From NCBI RefSeq assembly GCF_006345805.1, contig NC_043008.1:61380001-61444000 (forward strand): a stretch of DNA of 64,000 nucleotides. Reading direction: 5' to 3'. Below, one piece after another: positions 26,458 through 40,785 of the stretch. Within the stretch, counting starts at the first letter, position 1. The number at the start of each line of letters is the position of its first letter. Made by a program: the position numbers and the translations under genes. This stretch comes from Octopus sinensis. Lineage: Eukaryota. The notes beneath the pieces are model-generated. The model worked only from the letters and a program-made list of their open reading frames with translations. It did not search any database and had not been told where the DNA came from.

Positions 26458-26668
26458 GTGTGTGTCTGTGTTTGTCCCCCAACCATCGTTTGGCAACCGA
26501 TGTTGGTGTGTTTACCTCTCCGTAAATTACCGCTTCGGCAAAAGTGACCGATAGAATAAGTACTAGGCTTACAAGGAATAATTTCTGGCTGTTGATTTGT
26601 TCGACTAAATGCGCTGCTCTAACATGACTGTATTCACATGACTGAAACAAGTAAAAGAATAAAGAATA
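26457..26668 (+). mobile_element. OR1-like SINE tail half
   Basis: GTGTCTGTGTTTGTCCCCC...GATAGAATAAGTACTAGGCTTAC...ACTGAAACAAGTAAAAGA. Confidence 0.85.
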
Positions 26669-27303
26669 GGGAATACACCTAACGTATGTGTGTAGGAAAG
26701 CATATGAATATACATGAATATTTATAGATGTATACATATATGTATGCATATAAATAAACTTATGAACACGCATATATTCGTGCATATATAATAAACTGCA
26801 TATATGTAAATATTTACGTCTGAACATTCATGCGTGTTGGAAACGCGCGTGGGTGTATGTTTTCTTCGTTGCCTGCAGTTTGCCATCTTAAATCAATTAT
26901 AGTACAAAAAAAAAAAAACCTTTACTTCTGCATTACTGATTTAGAAAGTAAACATTACGTGGTTAGCAAACAACGAAGAAAATAATAACAAAAAATTAAA
27001 AAACAGTCGGAAACAAGGGAAGATAACGCACCGCGCCAACTTCCTGGTGTAAACGTGCCAATACCATCAGTTTCTGTCATGGTAGTGAACCTTAGGCAAC
27101 ACATGTGAAAACCTAAATAACTTATTAGTCAAATTAGATTGTAGAGCAATTCCATTTTGAAACTGCTACATACAAACACAGAAACACACGAACGCCCACG
27201 CCTCATACACACACACACATACATATGCACGTGAACTATTATGGTAAGAATACTTACATATGTATGTAATCTAAGTACATTTATAAATTTATGCATGTAT
27301 ATC

Positions 27304-27353
<50 letters not shown>

Positions 27354-27874
27354 TATATGAAATTACGACTACACACATAAGCATGTATATATATATGTGT
27401 GTGTGTGTGTAAATGGGAAAATAACAGAAAATGGCAGTCACGACAATTTTAATTTAAAACAATGTAATTGCTTCAGTGCATTCTCGTATGAGTAGTATGA
27501 AGGTAAGTTGTTGTGCAATCATCATATTACATCAAAAGTTTGAATTGCACCTCCTCAGGTGATCCTTGCTATCATTTCTTTGTTAGATCCTCATGCAATT
27601 TCATTAAGAACGATATTGTACTACCAGGTGGATGGTATTTCTAGCAGTTCACAGAGAAAAGTAAAACAATAGATACATTAATAAACGGAAATTTAGAAAC
27701 TTAATAGATGAAAGAAAAAACAAACAAATGAAAGAATAGAACGGGCTGGTTGTCTATAACTTTGTACTGTATCTAAGGGTCAGATTATAATTAAGAATGA
27801 ATCAGACATATTAAAGAATAAATTAATGAATGAAATAAAACATTTTAAATCTAGCAGAATCTTACCTTCGTTAG

Positions 27875-28015
27875 GTCTGTATAAAACTGGCGTTCTCTCA
27901 AGTACGTACGACAGATACATGATAGATGAAAGAGAAGCAACAAATCGTCTTCAGTCCATCACTGGTGCTGTGTATAATGCTACAAAGAAACGCGAATTTC
28001 AAACCAGAGTGCAAA
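27875..28015 (+). CDS. Candidate internal exon of an unidentified gene (GLYKTGVLSSTYDRYMIDEREATNRLQSITGAVYNATKKREFQTRVQ)
   Basis: CTTACCTTCGTTAG|G acceptor, A|GTAAAG donor, 141 nt, open phase 1-1, non-repetitive composition. No homology recognised. Confidence 0.35.
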
Positions 28016-28559
28016 GTAAAGCATACACTATGTTCATATTTCTGTGTGTTAGCATAACACTTAATCCATTTCTATTTGTTTATATTCTCCCATGAACATA
28101 TATTTCGGGCATAATGTTTCCAATATGCACTTCTCTCTATTACGTTTCACATTTCCAATATTGTACTTGTACTGTACACTGTAATTCGCGTATGATATTA
28201 GGAAGTGTTACAGATCTACAGACGGTTCATCAATAGAACACTTGATTTAACATGGGGAGCATGTTGTAAACGTATCTGTGCATAAAGGGCCACATGAATG
28301 CTACAAATTATTTGTGTTCCGAAAAAAGAATCTTATCGTTAATTATAACGAAGATTATATCTATAACCACTATATAGAGGACACACACACACATACATGC
28401 ACACACACACATGTACACACACAAGTATGCATATACATAAATATACACGCACAAATATATAAATGACTGTATACATTTATATACCTATGTATATGCTTAT
28501 ATATATATATATATATATACATAAATATATATAAATATATATATGTATATATATTCATT

Positions 28560-28768
28560 TATTCTCTTATATGTTTCAGTCATTTGACTGCGGCCACGCT
28601 GGAGCACCACCTTCAGTCGAAAAAATCGACCCAAGGACTTATTCTTTGTAAGCCTAGTACATATTTTATCGGGCTCTTTGGCCGAACTGTTAAATGACGG
28701 GTACGTAAACACACCAACATCTGTTGTCAAGTGATGAATGGGGGACAGACACAGGCACAAATAACAGA

Positions 28769-28772
<4 letters not shown>
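28560..28772 (-). mobile_element. OR1-like SINE tail half
   Basis: GTTTCAGTCATTTGACTGCGGCCACGCTGGAGCACC...GGGGACAGACACAGGCAC. Confidence 0.85.
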
Positions 28773-28854
<82 letters not shown>

Positions 28855-29261
28855 GCATATTAAATTAATAATTACATACATAGCAAAATATAGTAAAGGA
28901 GAAAGTCAACATGACTTTTCTCCTCCATGCCAAATGAATGTCTAAGCATTACGGACCTACCGAGAAAACTCCATAAATACATGGCGTATGTATTTATGAT
29001 GTTTTCTTGGTAGTTCCTTAATGTTTCGATATTAATTTAGCATGGAGGAGAAAGGTCATGTTTGATTTCTCCATTAATATAATTATATATATATATATAT
29101 AATTATATATATATATATATAATTATTAATTTTATATAAAATTATTTATTTAATATAAAAATTGCTTATAATTTTTATTCCATGCTGACCACCTGAAAAT
29201 AATCATTAATAAGATAGTTATCCTTATTTTATGTATATACGTGATATAAACATATAGTAGG

Positions 29262-30662
29262 GTAAAAATAGAAGTCAATTACTTCTAAGCCACAGAAGCA
29301 TCATTAAACTAATACAGGAATAATAGGAAAAGAATTTTAGTGCACAAGAATAGCATCCTACCTCTGCAACGGATGCAGAACATATGTCACTTAATCTGAC
29401 GTCGTGATTTCGAATTTTGCGCTAACTGCAGCTGATTTGCTTCAGTTAGATCTCCAATAGAGAGCTCCTAGAAATCGCCACTAACATGCCTGTAAATTCG
29501 CTTGAGTGGCCGAACACTAATGAAACAAGCAAGCCATGTGAAATTATTTATGAATATAACAGAAGGATATTATTCCTAAAAATAATAACGTTTGTGACTT
29601 AGAAGTATTTTGACTTATATTTTAGCGAATCAAGTGCTTATGTAGCTTCCTAGTATATATACATATATATAAATATATTTATATATCTTATATATATATA
29701 ATTATAAATTTTGCCTATGCGGCTTTTTCGTTCACTACTACTAATATTATTATTTTCAGGAACACTAGCGTTCTTTTATTTTTATAAATAATTTGACATG
29801 GTTCGTTTCTTTCAGTGGTGTTCTTCCTCTCAATCGAATTACAGGAATAATAGCTGTGGATTCTAAGAGCTGTCTCTTGCAGATATAACAGAAGCGAATC
29901 GGGTGCCTTGGCGCTAAATTCGATATCATTATATCAGATTAAGTGACATTCTTCCTGCATCCTTTGCGGAGGTGAGACGCTATTCTGAACACTAAATGTT
30001 TTTCTCTTATCAGGCCTGTATTAATTTAATGATTCTTCTGTAGCCTAGAACTATTCTCCTTTCTATTTTAGCGAAGGGGTGCTTATGTAGTATTCTAGTA
30101 TATATATATATATAGATATATTTATATATCTTATATATATTTATTAATTTTGCATATACGGCTTTTTACGCACACAGCCAATAACGTTATTATTTTTAGG
30201 AATAATATTGTTCTTTTATATTTATAAATAATTTTACATAGTTCTTTTGTTTCGATGGTGTTCGTCTACTCAAACGAGTTACAGGCATGGTAGTAGTGAA
30301 TTCTAAGAGCTGTCGTCAAATTGGGGATTTGACGGAAGTAAATCTAGTGCATTTGGCGCTAATTTCAATATCGTATCAGATTAAGTGACATTCTTACTGC
30401 GTCCTTTGCAGAGGTAAGACGCTATTCCTGTTCACTAATTTTTTTTCATATCATGCCTGTTTTAACTCGATGATTCTTCTGTGGCTTAGAGGCATTTTGA
30501 CATCTATTTTTAACGAAGCAGATGCTTTTGTAGTACCTTAGTATATATAAAGATATTGATATATCGTATATGTAATTATTAAATTTGCTTATACGTCCTT
30601 TTACGCTCGCGGCCATTAGCGTTATTATTTGTAGGAATAATATTGTTCTTTTATATTTATAT
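29262..30662. repeat. Fold-back array: one forward copy (29262-29591) abutting ~2.4 inverted tandem copies (29592-30662) of a ~450-bp unit
   Basis: GTCACTTAATCTGA, CCTCTGCAA and ATATTATTCCTAAAAATAATAACGTT at 29350-29591 are reverse complements of blocks repeated near 29940, 30190 and 30380. Confidence 0.85.
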
Positions 30663-30941
30663 ATACACATATCATATGCGTATATACATGTATGTATATA
30701 TAGAGAGTAGAGAGTGTATGTGTATATCGCATGGCGTGTGTATAGAGTTACATGGAAGTTATCTATATATTTGAATTGTGTAAGAGTGCAATACAAGTAT
30801 TCTTTGGAATATAGATTGTAGTCCACCATCCACGTACACTTGGAGCATTCACTGCTGAGCATGCAAATGACGGTGACGTTGAACAGTACAGAGTTCATAA
30901 ATGATGCAAACTTTTATCATAATTCCTCGAATATGTATGTG

Positions 30942-30983
<42 letters not shown>

Positions 30984-31624
30984 GTAAGTGCATATGTGTT
31001 TGTGTGTATCTGTGTATGTATGATGTATATTCTGTATTTAATAATTCAAATTCTTCCTTTGAAAAAGACGCTGGTTTCTAACAAAGATGCAAGGCTCCAT
31101 GTTTGGAATGTAGATAACGAAAACATTGTCTCGTATTACACCTGAGAAAAGTCTTGCATAGTTTTACTGTTCCAATTACAGATCGCATTTCTAATGTGCG
31201 AATCAGTTGGATGATTACTTTTTTCTGAATATCCAAACATAACCAGAATAACAGTCCGGCATTTACTTACAAAACGAAGTACAACAATTATTATTGGTAT
31301 AAATGTGAATCTATAATAGTGACATAGTTAACTTCTCTTTGGTTTTCAAAGCGACATTCTCATCATCATGACAGCTGAAGTCTACGAGGGTACATACGTT
31401 TTGTTGGCTATCCAAACCAACAATATTCGGTCTGTTACATATTTACACTTGTCAGCTGTTTTAATGGGAATGTTCCACCAGTTTTCTTTGTGCTACTATT
31501 TGTGTACATATTCAATAACAGGGGGATTCTCTGAATTCACACCAGGACAGTTTTTTTCCCGAATAACATTATATATTGATTTTGCAATGTATGTGTGTAT
31601 GTATTTATCTGCTTCTCAGTCTGT

Positions 31625-31722
31625 CTGCCCCCTCTCTCTCTCTCTCGCTCTCTCTCCCTATCTCTCTCGCTCTCTCTCTCTCTATCTATCTATCTGTCTG
31701 TCTGTCTCTGTCTCTCTCTCTG

Positions 31723-31759
<37 letters not shown>

Positions 31760-31760
31760 G

Positions 31761-31825
<65 letters not shown>

Positions 31826-31856
31826 GTCTGCCTGTCTCTGTCTCTCCCTCTGTCTG

Positions 31857-31911
<55 letters not shown>

Positions 31912-31942
31912 GTCTGCCTGTCTCTGTCTCTCCCTCTGTCTG

Positions 31943-31999
<57 letters not shown>

Positions 32000-32012
32000 T
32001 ATCTATCTATCT
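31625..32012. repeat. (TC)n/(TATC)n compound microsatellite with an internal ~60-bp duplication
   Basis: Direct inspection. Confidence 0.9.
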
Positions 32013-32777
32013 ATAGAGTATGTCAAAAACTTCTCGGAATAGTTAAGTTTAATAAAGGATAACTGATTTACTTTAGTTTTAACATTATTTCCTTCCCTGC
32101 AGTTTTGGAAACCGCTCTGGAAGTCGTTTTCCATAAGCAATTTGGGGACCTTCTGCAAATCGATCTGGATCTCCACGAGATTGTTAAAAAGGTTACCTTT
32201 GAGATGCACTTTGACCTTGGGGAAGACATGGAAATATGCAGGTGTTAAATATGGCGAATAAGGCAAGTGGGGAAGTGATACCACGTTGTTTATCGCGAGT
32301 TCGGTGACAGGGGGCATTGTCTTCGTGAAAAATCCAATTCTTCGTGCTGCACATATCGAGTTGTTTACGCCGAATGACCTCTCTCAAACGCTTCATACAT
32401 CGAAGTAGAACTCTCGTTTGACGGTCTGTCCCTTGGGGCCAGAATTCTTGATGCACAGTACTTCATATCCGAGGGTGACACTTCCAAATCACTCATAGTC
32501 GTCCACGGATGTTCTGCCGCTTGTTAGCAGACTTCCCGAGTTTAACGCAAAATTTCTCGTTTGTTCTTTTTTCATGTCCATGACAAAATTGCAGACTACA
32601 TCATACACGTGACCACAAATATACAAATTTCACAACTTGCGAAGTTAACACAGCGATGTCAATATGCACGCTGTCTCATTAAGATCCCTGCTAACTCTTA
32701 CTCCGCACAGAACCGTGTGCTGCCATCTGTTGGCATGCTACAGAACCAGTCCGGGAACGTTTTGATGCTACCTTGTA
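32013..32777 (-). mobile_element. Internally deleted, decayed mariner element
   Basis: Minus strand: N-terminal FCVKLGKSA near 32540, then LREVIRRKQ..WIFHEDNAPCH and LPHLPYSPYLTPAYFHVFPKVKVHLKG. Degenerate TIRs TATAGAGTATGTCAAAAACTTCTCGGAA and rc TACAAGGTAGCATCAAAACGTTCCCGGA. Confidence 0.8.
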
Positions 32778-32820
32778 TGAATGAATGAATCAATCAATCT
32801 ATCTATCTATCAATCAATCA

Positions 32821-32883
<63 letters not shown>

Positions 32884-35618
32884 CATCTGTCTATCTATTT
32901 TTCCGTCTGTCTGTCTACTTACATTCATATACTTACATGTGTATGCTTGTGTTTTCAATTGCTTGTTTAGTTGTGTAGGTGTGTGTGTGGGGTCGTGTGT
33001 CTGTAAAAGAAGAGCATGACAGACAAAATAATCGGTATTGTGTTACATTATGACATTCTTATACAACGTAAAGAGAAATAATAATTCATAAATCAATATA
33101 AATAGTAGTAGTTCAGTAAATATTGCACAAGTGGATGTTTGTAATAGTTGCGATCTAAACAGGTATATTTCGTCTCCATAAGTATAACCGATTTAAACTC
33201 AGTGGAAAAAAAAATTTGGTCTGATGATGTTTGTTTCGTGGTGAAAGTGATATTTTTTAATATATATATAGTTACCAAAGAGATAAGTGATGACTAATGA
33301 TATTTATATAGGCAGCTTATATATCAGAATGAGGGGAAGATATATAGCGGGGGAGCAGCAACGAAGGAAGTAGAAACACCTAAAAAAAATGTATTGTTAT
33401 TTTATGTGATACACGATTATTAGTTGTATTACAATTTTGATTTATATAACAAAAATACGGGCCAAATGCTACCGACAATCAGGTTAATATTTACAATTTG
33501 TAATCAATTTGTTTCCAGAATATTTATAAATCCTTTTTACAAATATATTCTTGACATTATTTTTTGTGACACGATTTATATATAGCGCTTATGTATCTGT
33601 AGTCTTGTGTTATACATTTGTATTCGTCAGAAACTTGGAATTCAATTGTAAAACCGTGTCAACTTTCCTCTAAAAATCCTTCGCCTCGGTATTATAATAC
33701 ATTAACATTTTTGATGACAAGAAAATACATTAATTCATATGCTATTCTTAGAATGTATCATACGCTCTTCTTTCTTCCCTACATTCCTTATTTAATTTTA
33801 TTTGAGCCATGATACATGTGGCATTTTCATCTGCAGCAGTTCTTCCTTGCTGAACAGATCTCAAAATATATTGAGAGGTCTTACACCTCTGTTCAATATC
33901 TTATCGTAGGAGAATTTAGAAGGATTTTATCGACGATCTTATTCCTCTATTTACGCAGTGTGACATTTTAAAGCGTTTTATTTTTATTTCTAGCATACAA
34001 AACCCACATCCAAATTTACACGTGAACTCGTGTACTCATATGAATTTGTTGAAACGATGAAGATATGCGGAATCATTCATTAGGTGTGGGAGGGCTTCGG
34101 GTTTTACAAACGGACATCATTGTAGAAAACAGAGGAATAACGATTCTCTTGGGAGAGTGGAGAAATAACATTGTAAACCGTTGGCATGCGATGGTTTGTC
34201 ATTTAAGTTTTCAGACATTTCACTGGAGAAGCTGTCCAAATTAACGTCATGTAGCGTATATAAACTGTACATCTCGAGTTGTTTTCATGCATAGATAAAA
34301 TTACATGTAATAATTCTCAAGACAATTTCAAAGTTTACAGTTTTAACTTAACTAGTATTCGAGAGGAGAAGAAGCGACAAGTACAACCTCATACAAACCT
34401 TCTCGAAATTCATTCTTTCGAAACATTTCTTCTGAAATTCTCAGGATGCTTTACTATTTTTATTTTATTATTAATTTTTGTTTTAACTTTATTTCTATTA
34501 TTTTTCTTTTAATGCGTATTTTGTTTTCGTTTATTTTGTAATTTTGTTTGTTCTTAATTGGATAATCATCTGTAAGCTTGCATTTCAGAGTATCATTGGA
34601 TGTTTGGCACTTAGAAGAAACTGCTTCAAAATGTAATGAAAAAAAAAAACATGTAGATGCTCGATGTAAGATGACGTAAAGAAAATAGGAACGAACAAAT
34701 ATTATTTCAAAATGTTGCCATCTGTACAAAAACAGAGACGTACAGCTTCTATTTTATAGGAGAAAGAAGGCAGTATGTCATAAGTAAATAAATAAATAAA
34801 TAAACGAATACATAGATATTCAGGAAAAAAAATAAAGCGAAATTGAATGACGAGACGAGTAATGGAAAAAACAAAAGTGGTTAGACTATATAGTACAGAC
34901 GTGTTAGTATTTTTTGTGCAGAAATGACTTCCCCACTCGTTATATCAGAGACCTGAACCCATAGAGAGGATATAGATTAAAATACATATGCACATAAACA
35001 TATGTATTAAAAATTGAGAATTTTTCCATATATATATATATATTCAGTGAATAAAAAGAATCATAGATGCATATAGAAGCATCCACATACACATTCTCAC
35101 ATGGCCTAAGATACACAAACAAATAGGCTAACAAATAAAAATACGCCCACGAGCGTACACATACATAGATGCAGACATATACGCATAAGTATGCACACGC
35201 ATACACACGCACACATATATATAATTCAACATGCACACAAGTATGTTTGTATGAAAACGTAGATAGATCTAGAGAGAAAGGGAGAGAATCGGCGAGAGAG
35301 GGATAGAGTGGGACAGTGAGAGAGAGAGAGAGAGAGAGAGTGAAAGTGGGAGAGACAGGCAAGCTAATAGAGAGAAAACTAAGCATTTATATGTACAGGC
35401 ATATGTGAAGGCATCATAAGTACAGCTGAGAGCATTATTTAGATAGATGGTAAATAGATTTATTAAACTCATAAAGCCAAACATAAAATATATTTATTTG
35501 ATATACAGAAACGAAAAACACAAGGCCTGCTCATATCGAAGACAGAAACAGAACATAAACAAACATAGAATCTACCACAGATGCTCGCACAAACACACAC
35601 GCATGCACATATATATAC

Positions 35619-35663
<45 letters not shown>

Positions 35664-35710
35664 TGCATTTACATACATACAGACACACACACACATATAT
35701 ATATATATAA

Positions 35711-35752
<42 letters not shown>

Positions 35753-36073
35753 CAAGCGTACAATCAAATACTCTATAGAATATTTATTTCAATATGTCAC
35801 TCAATTATATTTTTAAGTGTTTGTTCCTTTTAGCAGTTCTATAATATGTTATTGTTCTGAAACTCTGAAACAATATTTTATCGCTTTTGTCGGGTTCTCT
35901 GTAAATCGCTTGGAACAAAACGCTATCTTCATTCTTATGTCTTCCACAGAACTTTTTCACTCTCCCTCTTTATTTATCTCTCTCTCTCTCTCTCTCTCTC
36001 ACCCTCGTGTGTGTGTGTGTGAGAGAGAGAGAGAAACTCCGTTTCTGAGTTGTGTACGTGTACATACATAATA

Positions 36074-36135
<62 letters not shown>

Positions 36136-36425
36136 ATGGCTGATAAGAGTGAAACTCTCTTGGAGTCTTCTAAGTACAGATTATTGCAGTAGCCAATACC
36201 TTTTAAGTAAGTAAGAGGAGTTCTCAAAACATTTATTTGCAAAAACGTGCTCTAAACTAGAATCATCGCCATTCATTTGACTTGAAATTATAAGCAAATG
36301 AAAATATGAGCGTTATTGTTTTCCTATGTACGAACATGAACGTATCACACACATGCATAAACTCACAGACACATACACACACACGCACATTACATTATAT
36401 CATGTATAGGCATATATTATACATG

Positions 36426-36459
<34 letters not shown>

Positions 36460-36523
36460 ATATATATATTATATTATATATAAATATACACCATATATAT
36501 ATATATATATTATACATTATATG

Positions 36524-36555
<32 letters not shown>

Positions 36556-36559
<4 letters not shown>

Positions 36560-36757
36560 ATCCAAACAAGAAAATACAAAAAACAACGCGAGGACGTGGA
36601 ACAAATATAGTATTATTGGACGCTCAGGATAGAAGGGAAGAAGGAGGGTTAACGTTTCTAGCGGAGCTCTTCGTCGGAAACATAGGAGAAGGAAAGATCC
36701 TGAGAAGGGAAGACAGAGGGAAAATATTTCGCCAACGGTACACACGAGGTTACATTT
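36556..36757 (-). mobile_element. Penelope-like pLTR fragment (family B) with a damaged hammerhead motif at 36647-36681
   Basis: About 85% identical to 54838-55043; rc TTTCCGACGAAGAGCTCCGCTAGAAACGTTAAC has a stem II mismatch and a shortened stem I; sits in (TA)n. Confidence 0.6.
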
Positions 36758-36784
36758 TGAAAAATAAATATATATATAGTAATA

Positions 36785-36840
<56 letters not shown>

Positions 36841-37720
36841 TAATATATATATACACACATATATATATATATATTATATGCATATGTATCACATATATAT
36901 TATACTAAACTTTATATATATTTATGTATATATGTTTACGTATACGTATATATATATGTCTGTTGTTTTTATGTTACATGTAGGAAGAGTCACATATTCT
37001 ATACAGATTCCGTTTTCTTTTCTTTGTGGATTCCATTTTCCCCAATGAATTTTCACCGCACGTTCCTTGGAATCTTCCAAGCGACCTCACACCATTCACG
37101 ATATTTGTTCATTTGCTAGGGAACATGCATCGCATTATTTTATCTGGTATTTTGGGTTTTGATTTGAGAGTTCACTGAAGCAACCTGTCCCCTATACCGC
37201 CCCACCATTTTCCACCACGTCGAATACCAGAATACCACTCTAATCGACTCAGAATATATTGTTAACGTCCCTGGAATTTTGCCGTGATCAGAAACTATTC
37301 TTACGTGCAATAAGCTAAGCCTTATATACATATATATATGAACTAAATAGTAATTGTAAATTCAATAATTCATTTTTACTACCATGTTCACTGTGAATGT
37401 TCCCTGACTGGCTTTTGAAATTTGTATTCACTAAATCTTATAAACCTTCTGTACACTAGGTATTTACTGCCAATATTTTATAGATGGTTCAAGTTGTAGA
37501 TTGCTTTGTGTAAGCTAGAAGTTCCTAAAGAGAATTAAATTTCTGAGTAAGTTAAACGTAACATTGCCATTCACAGTGTCATATTAGTAGAACATTGCTC
37601 TTCAATTATTAAGTGTTATTTGTATTCACCCTTAAGACAATGTAAATAAGTGATACCAAAGGTATTTCTTACATGTACTCATATATAAATACTGATAATT
37701 ACACATAACTACACACATAT

Positions 37721-37751
<31 letters not shown>

Positions 37752-38199
37752 TATATATATATAATATATATATATATATACACCCATAGATAAATATGAC
37801 TTTATACTGCACCAGAAAATGTAAATAAATGTAATGAAATTGTAGACAAAGACAGAGAGAGTGAGCCAGAAATTTAACACTTAAAACAACAAGCAACGAA
37901 TTAAACTTCTAGATCTGGAACATTAAACAGCAGTGCAATCGCGAGTGATGGTAGGTTGTTCCACATAATATTGTTAACGTATGGCAATTTTTATTTTGTA
38001 TTTTGATTATGATTTTATGGTACGGCTTATTACATACATTTTTGCATTAAAAGGAATTGGCTCAGTCTTGTATTATAATCAGAAAATGTTTAAAATAGTG
38101 CTCACGTCTCATAGACTACCTCAATTAATTGCTTAATTCATAAGTTACAGTTATCAATTGAATGTTTTATTTTTTTACTCAAGACACAAGAGGGGACAA

Positions 38200-38366
38200 G
38201 TTGTTATCACTGACCTGAGTGGTTAATTGGTACTTATTTTAACAAGCGCAAACGGGTGAATGGCAAAAGTGACCGCAAAATTGAACTCAGATTTTAAGCT
38301 CAGAATGTAATTTGTCGGGAAAAAATGTCAATAATCACTTTATTCGACGTGCCAACTCGTCGTCTT
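38200..38366 (-). mobile_element. Decayed Deu/Nin-like SINE
   Basis: TTGGTACTTATTTTAAC...GGTGAATGGCAAAAGTGACC...GAACTCAGA similar to 14263-14410. Confidence 0.5.
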
Positions 38367-38971
38367 GTGTACGTAATTAGATTAAAAGTACAGACTAAAA
38401 GACTCAGTGTTCATTACATTGTATCCTTACTCTGAGTAGATGACGCATTGTTACAGTTTTTAACATTTTTACTGTTATACACATAATTATTGTAGATGTG
38501 GACATTAATTGCATCAAGTGCTAAGTATTGAGGCAACTTTCTATGATCGCGAGTTAGGTATTAAGATGCCAATGGTCAGATAGGAATAACTGTGAAGAAA
38601 AAGTGATTGGTTGCCGTTTCGTATATTATTCTAGTTATATTCAACCTAGTGTCTACATGTGTTAAAGGAAAATATGTACTTGCTCGCTTTAAATATCCGT
38701 ATCGTAAACATACTAAGAATATTGAATTCAATACTATATGGAACATGTGTTATATATATATTGATATATGATGCTGTTTAGCAAACATGTCTGTTTGTTA
38801 TGGCAGACTCAGCTGAAGTTTTCATTATGTTTATGAACAGACATTTTCAGTTCAGTGAAACACAATTTTGTGTAGAAGGCTAACGAGACATATGTAAAAA
38901 AGATTAATTACAGGGAAAATCTATCTCTTCTCAATCATAGAGAAGTATGCACATCGCATATTGATAAATTA

Positions 38972-39047
<76 letters not shown>

Positions 39048-39161
39048 ATATATAAGTACATATTTGTGTGTCGTGTGTGTGTATATGACTATGTATATAT
39101 CTATCTATTTGTGTAAGTATGTTTCTCTCTCTCTGTTTATCTATCTATCTATCGCTCTATA

Positions 39162-39193
<32 letters not shown>

Positions 39194-39435
39194 AAAAGTT
39201 GAATATACTGTCAGAATATAAACTGAAGGAATAACATGAATTTATATTTATAGAAAACGCATTATTAACTAAATATATATTTGCGTTTGCACTAGCATAT
39301 TTATTTATTAAGATTATTAGCTACGTGCAGAGAGGTAGATATTGTCAGTGAGTTACATTCTTTATTCACTTTCACTCTGTCTTCTCCTAACCTTACCATC
39401 TTCCTGCGAAATTATCTTTGCTTCTTTATATTTAG

Positions 39436-39532
39436 GTTACTATGCAATATCGCCCTGATTCAATACTGTTATCTCTATTGCAAACATGGAAGAATAGAAA
39501 ACTGAACTTTGCTTCCGGTTATCCTGAAACAG
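39436..39532 (+). CDS. Candidate exon (VTMQYRPDSILLSLLQTWKNRKLNFASGYPET)
   Basis: CTTCTTTATATTTAG|G acceptor, CAG|GTGACT donor, only one open frame (phase 0-1). Confidence 0.25.
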
Positions 39533-40619
39533 GTGACTGTTTTTTGGAACATCTGTTCCACCTCCAATGTTTACATGATTTAGATTTCTTGGTTCTAAAT
39601 GATTCTTGAGTTTCCGATACCCAGTCTGTTGCACATCGACAGGGGCAGTAAACTATTCTTGCACCCAGAGAAAATACCAGGATCTATGTCTCTAGGTTAC
39701 ATCAATAGTCACCAGTCTCCCTACACGTTTTTTTTTTTACTTCATCGCTACGGATATACATCGTTGTATAAATGTGGTTGTCTGTGCAAAAGTCTCCTTT
39801 ACAAGCTTGTACATTGATATGTCTTCGATGCTTGTTGTAATCAGCTAATTACTGTAATTTCGACAGGCTCAATGTCATGGGGCTAGGAAAAATGTGAAAG
39901 GAAGTTGGATCGGCATCACACAGAAGAAACACAGGAATCCATTAGGATCACCCATTAACTTGGACAAACGATGCTTTCGCAATTTAGCACCTTAAAATGC
40001 AAAACCATGCGATCAGTATCAAAGCAGTCATTGGTAGTCTCTTATTGAAGGAAATTGAAGGAAATTGCTTGTGAAGTGGGAGCTTTACACTGGTGAGAAT
40101 ATCTTAACCGCAGCTTACACACTTTAAAAGTTGGGCTAAGAATATCATGGCTCATTTTTCGCAGATATTCACAGAATGTACGAATTAGCAAAGATTTTCA
40201 GATGGCTAGCAGGATGTCAGTAAGAAATATATGTCATATTTTGATGTTTGCAGAAATGTGCGTGTAAGACCAGTTAACAAGCAATACAGCAGGTTTAATT
40301 GTTTCCTAGTTTGTACACATCCATATTGTCGAACGGGGACATTGAAATAAATATGATTGGTTTAGGTTTCGAATACTGTTAACTAAGATTACAATGTGCC
40401 AGTTAAATATTGGATTTCTTTGTTAAAACATTTTATTCGGTATTTTATATTAAATGGGTTTTGACTTCTGAGTGGATGTCAGTGAGATTACTAGGACCAG
40501 AGATACATTTCTACCCTGTGAGTTTTATTTCATTCCATGTTATGGTTGGTTGCCAGTGCTGCCCCTGTAGTATCCATGCCTATTCGCTTCATTCATTCAT
40601 TATTTTTTTCTTTGATTAG

Positions 40620-40722
40620 GTTTTACTGCTTGCTTCTGTGCATATCAATAATCATTTTACAGCATGGGTCAGATGCATTTTACCAGGCTACTGATACTAC
40701 AGTACAACAGCATTTCGAAGAT
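40620..40722 (+). CDS. Candidate exon encoding a signal-peptide-like segment (FYCLLLCISIIILQHGSDA FYQATDTTVQQHFED)
   Basis: Long pyrimidine tract TTATTTTTTTCTTTGATTAG|, donor GAT|GTATGT, single open frame (phase 2-0). Confidence 0.3.
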
Positions 40723-40785
40723 GTATGTTGAGCAACATATTAGCAGGATGTAGTGAGCCTATTACACTTCTCTTATAGGACGACA

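Noticed and set aside
37140-37331. ORF with CUB-like wording (KIPGTLTIYSESIRVVF)
   Set aside because: Motif order is wrong, cysteines are missing and there are no splice signals.
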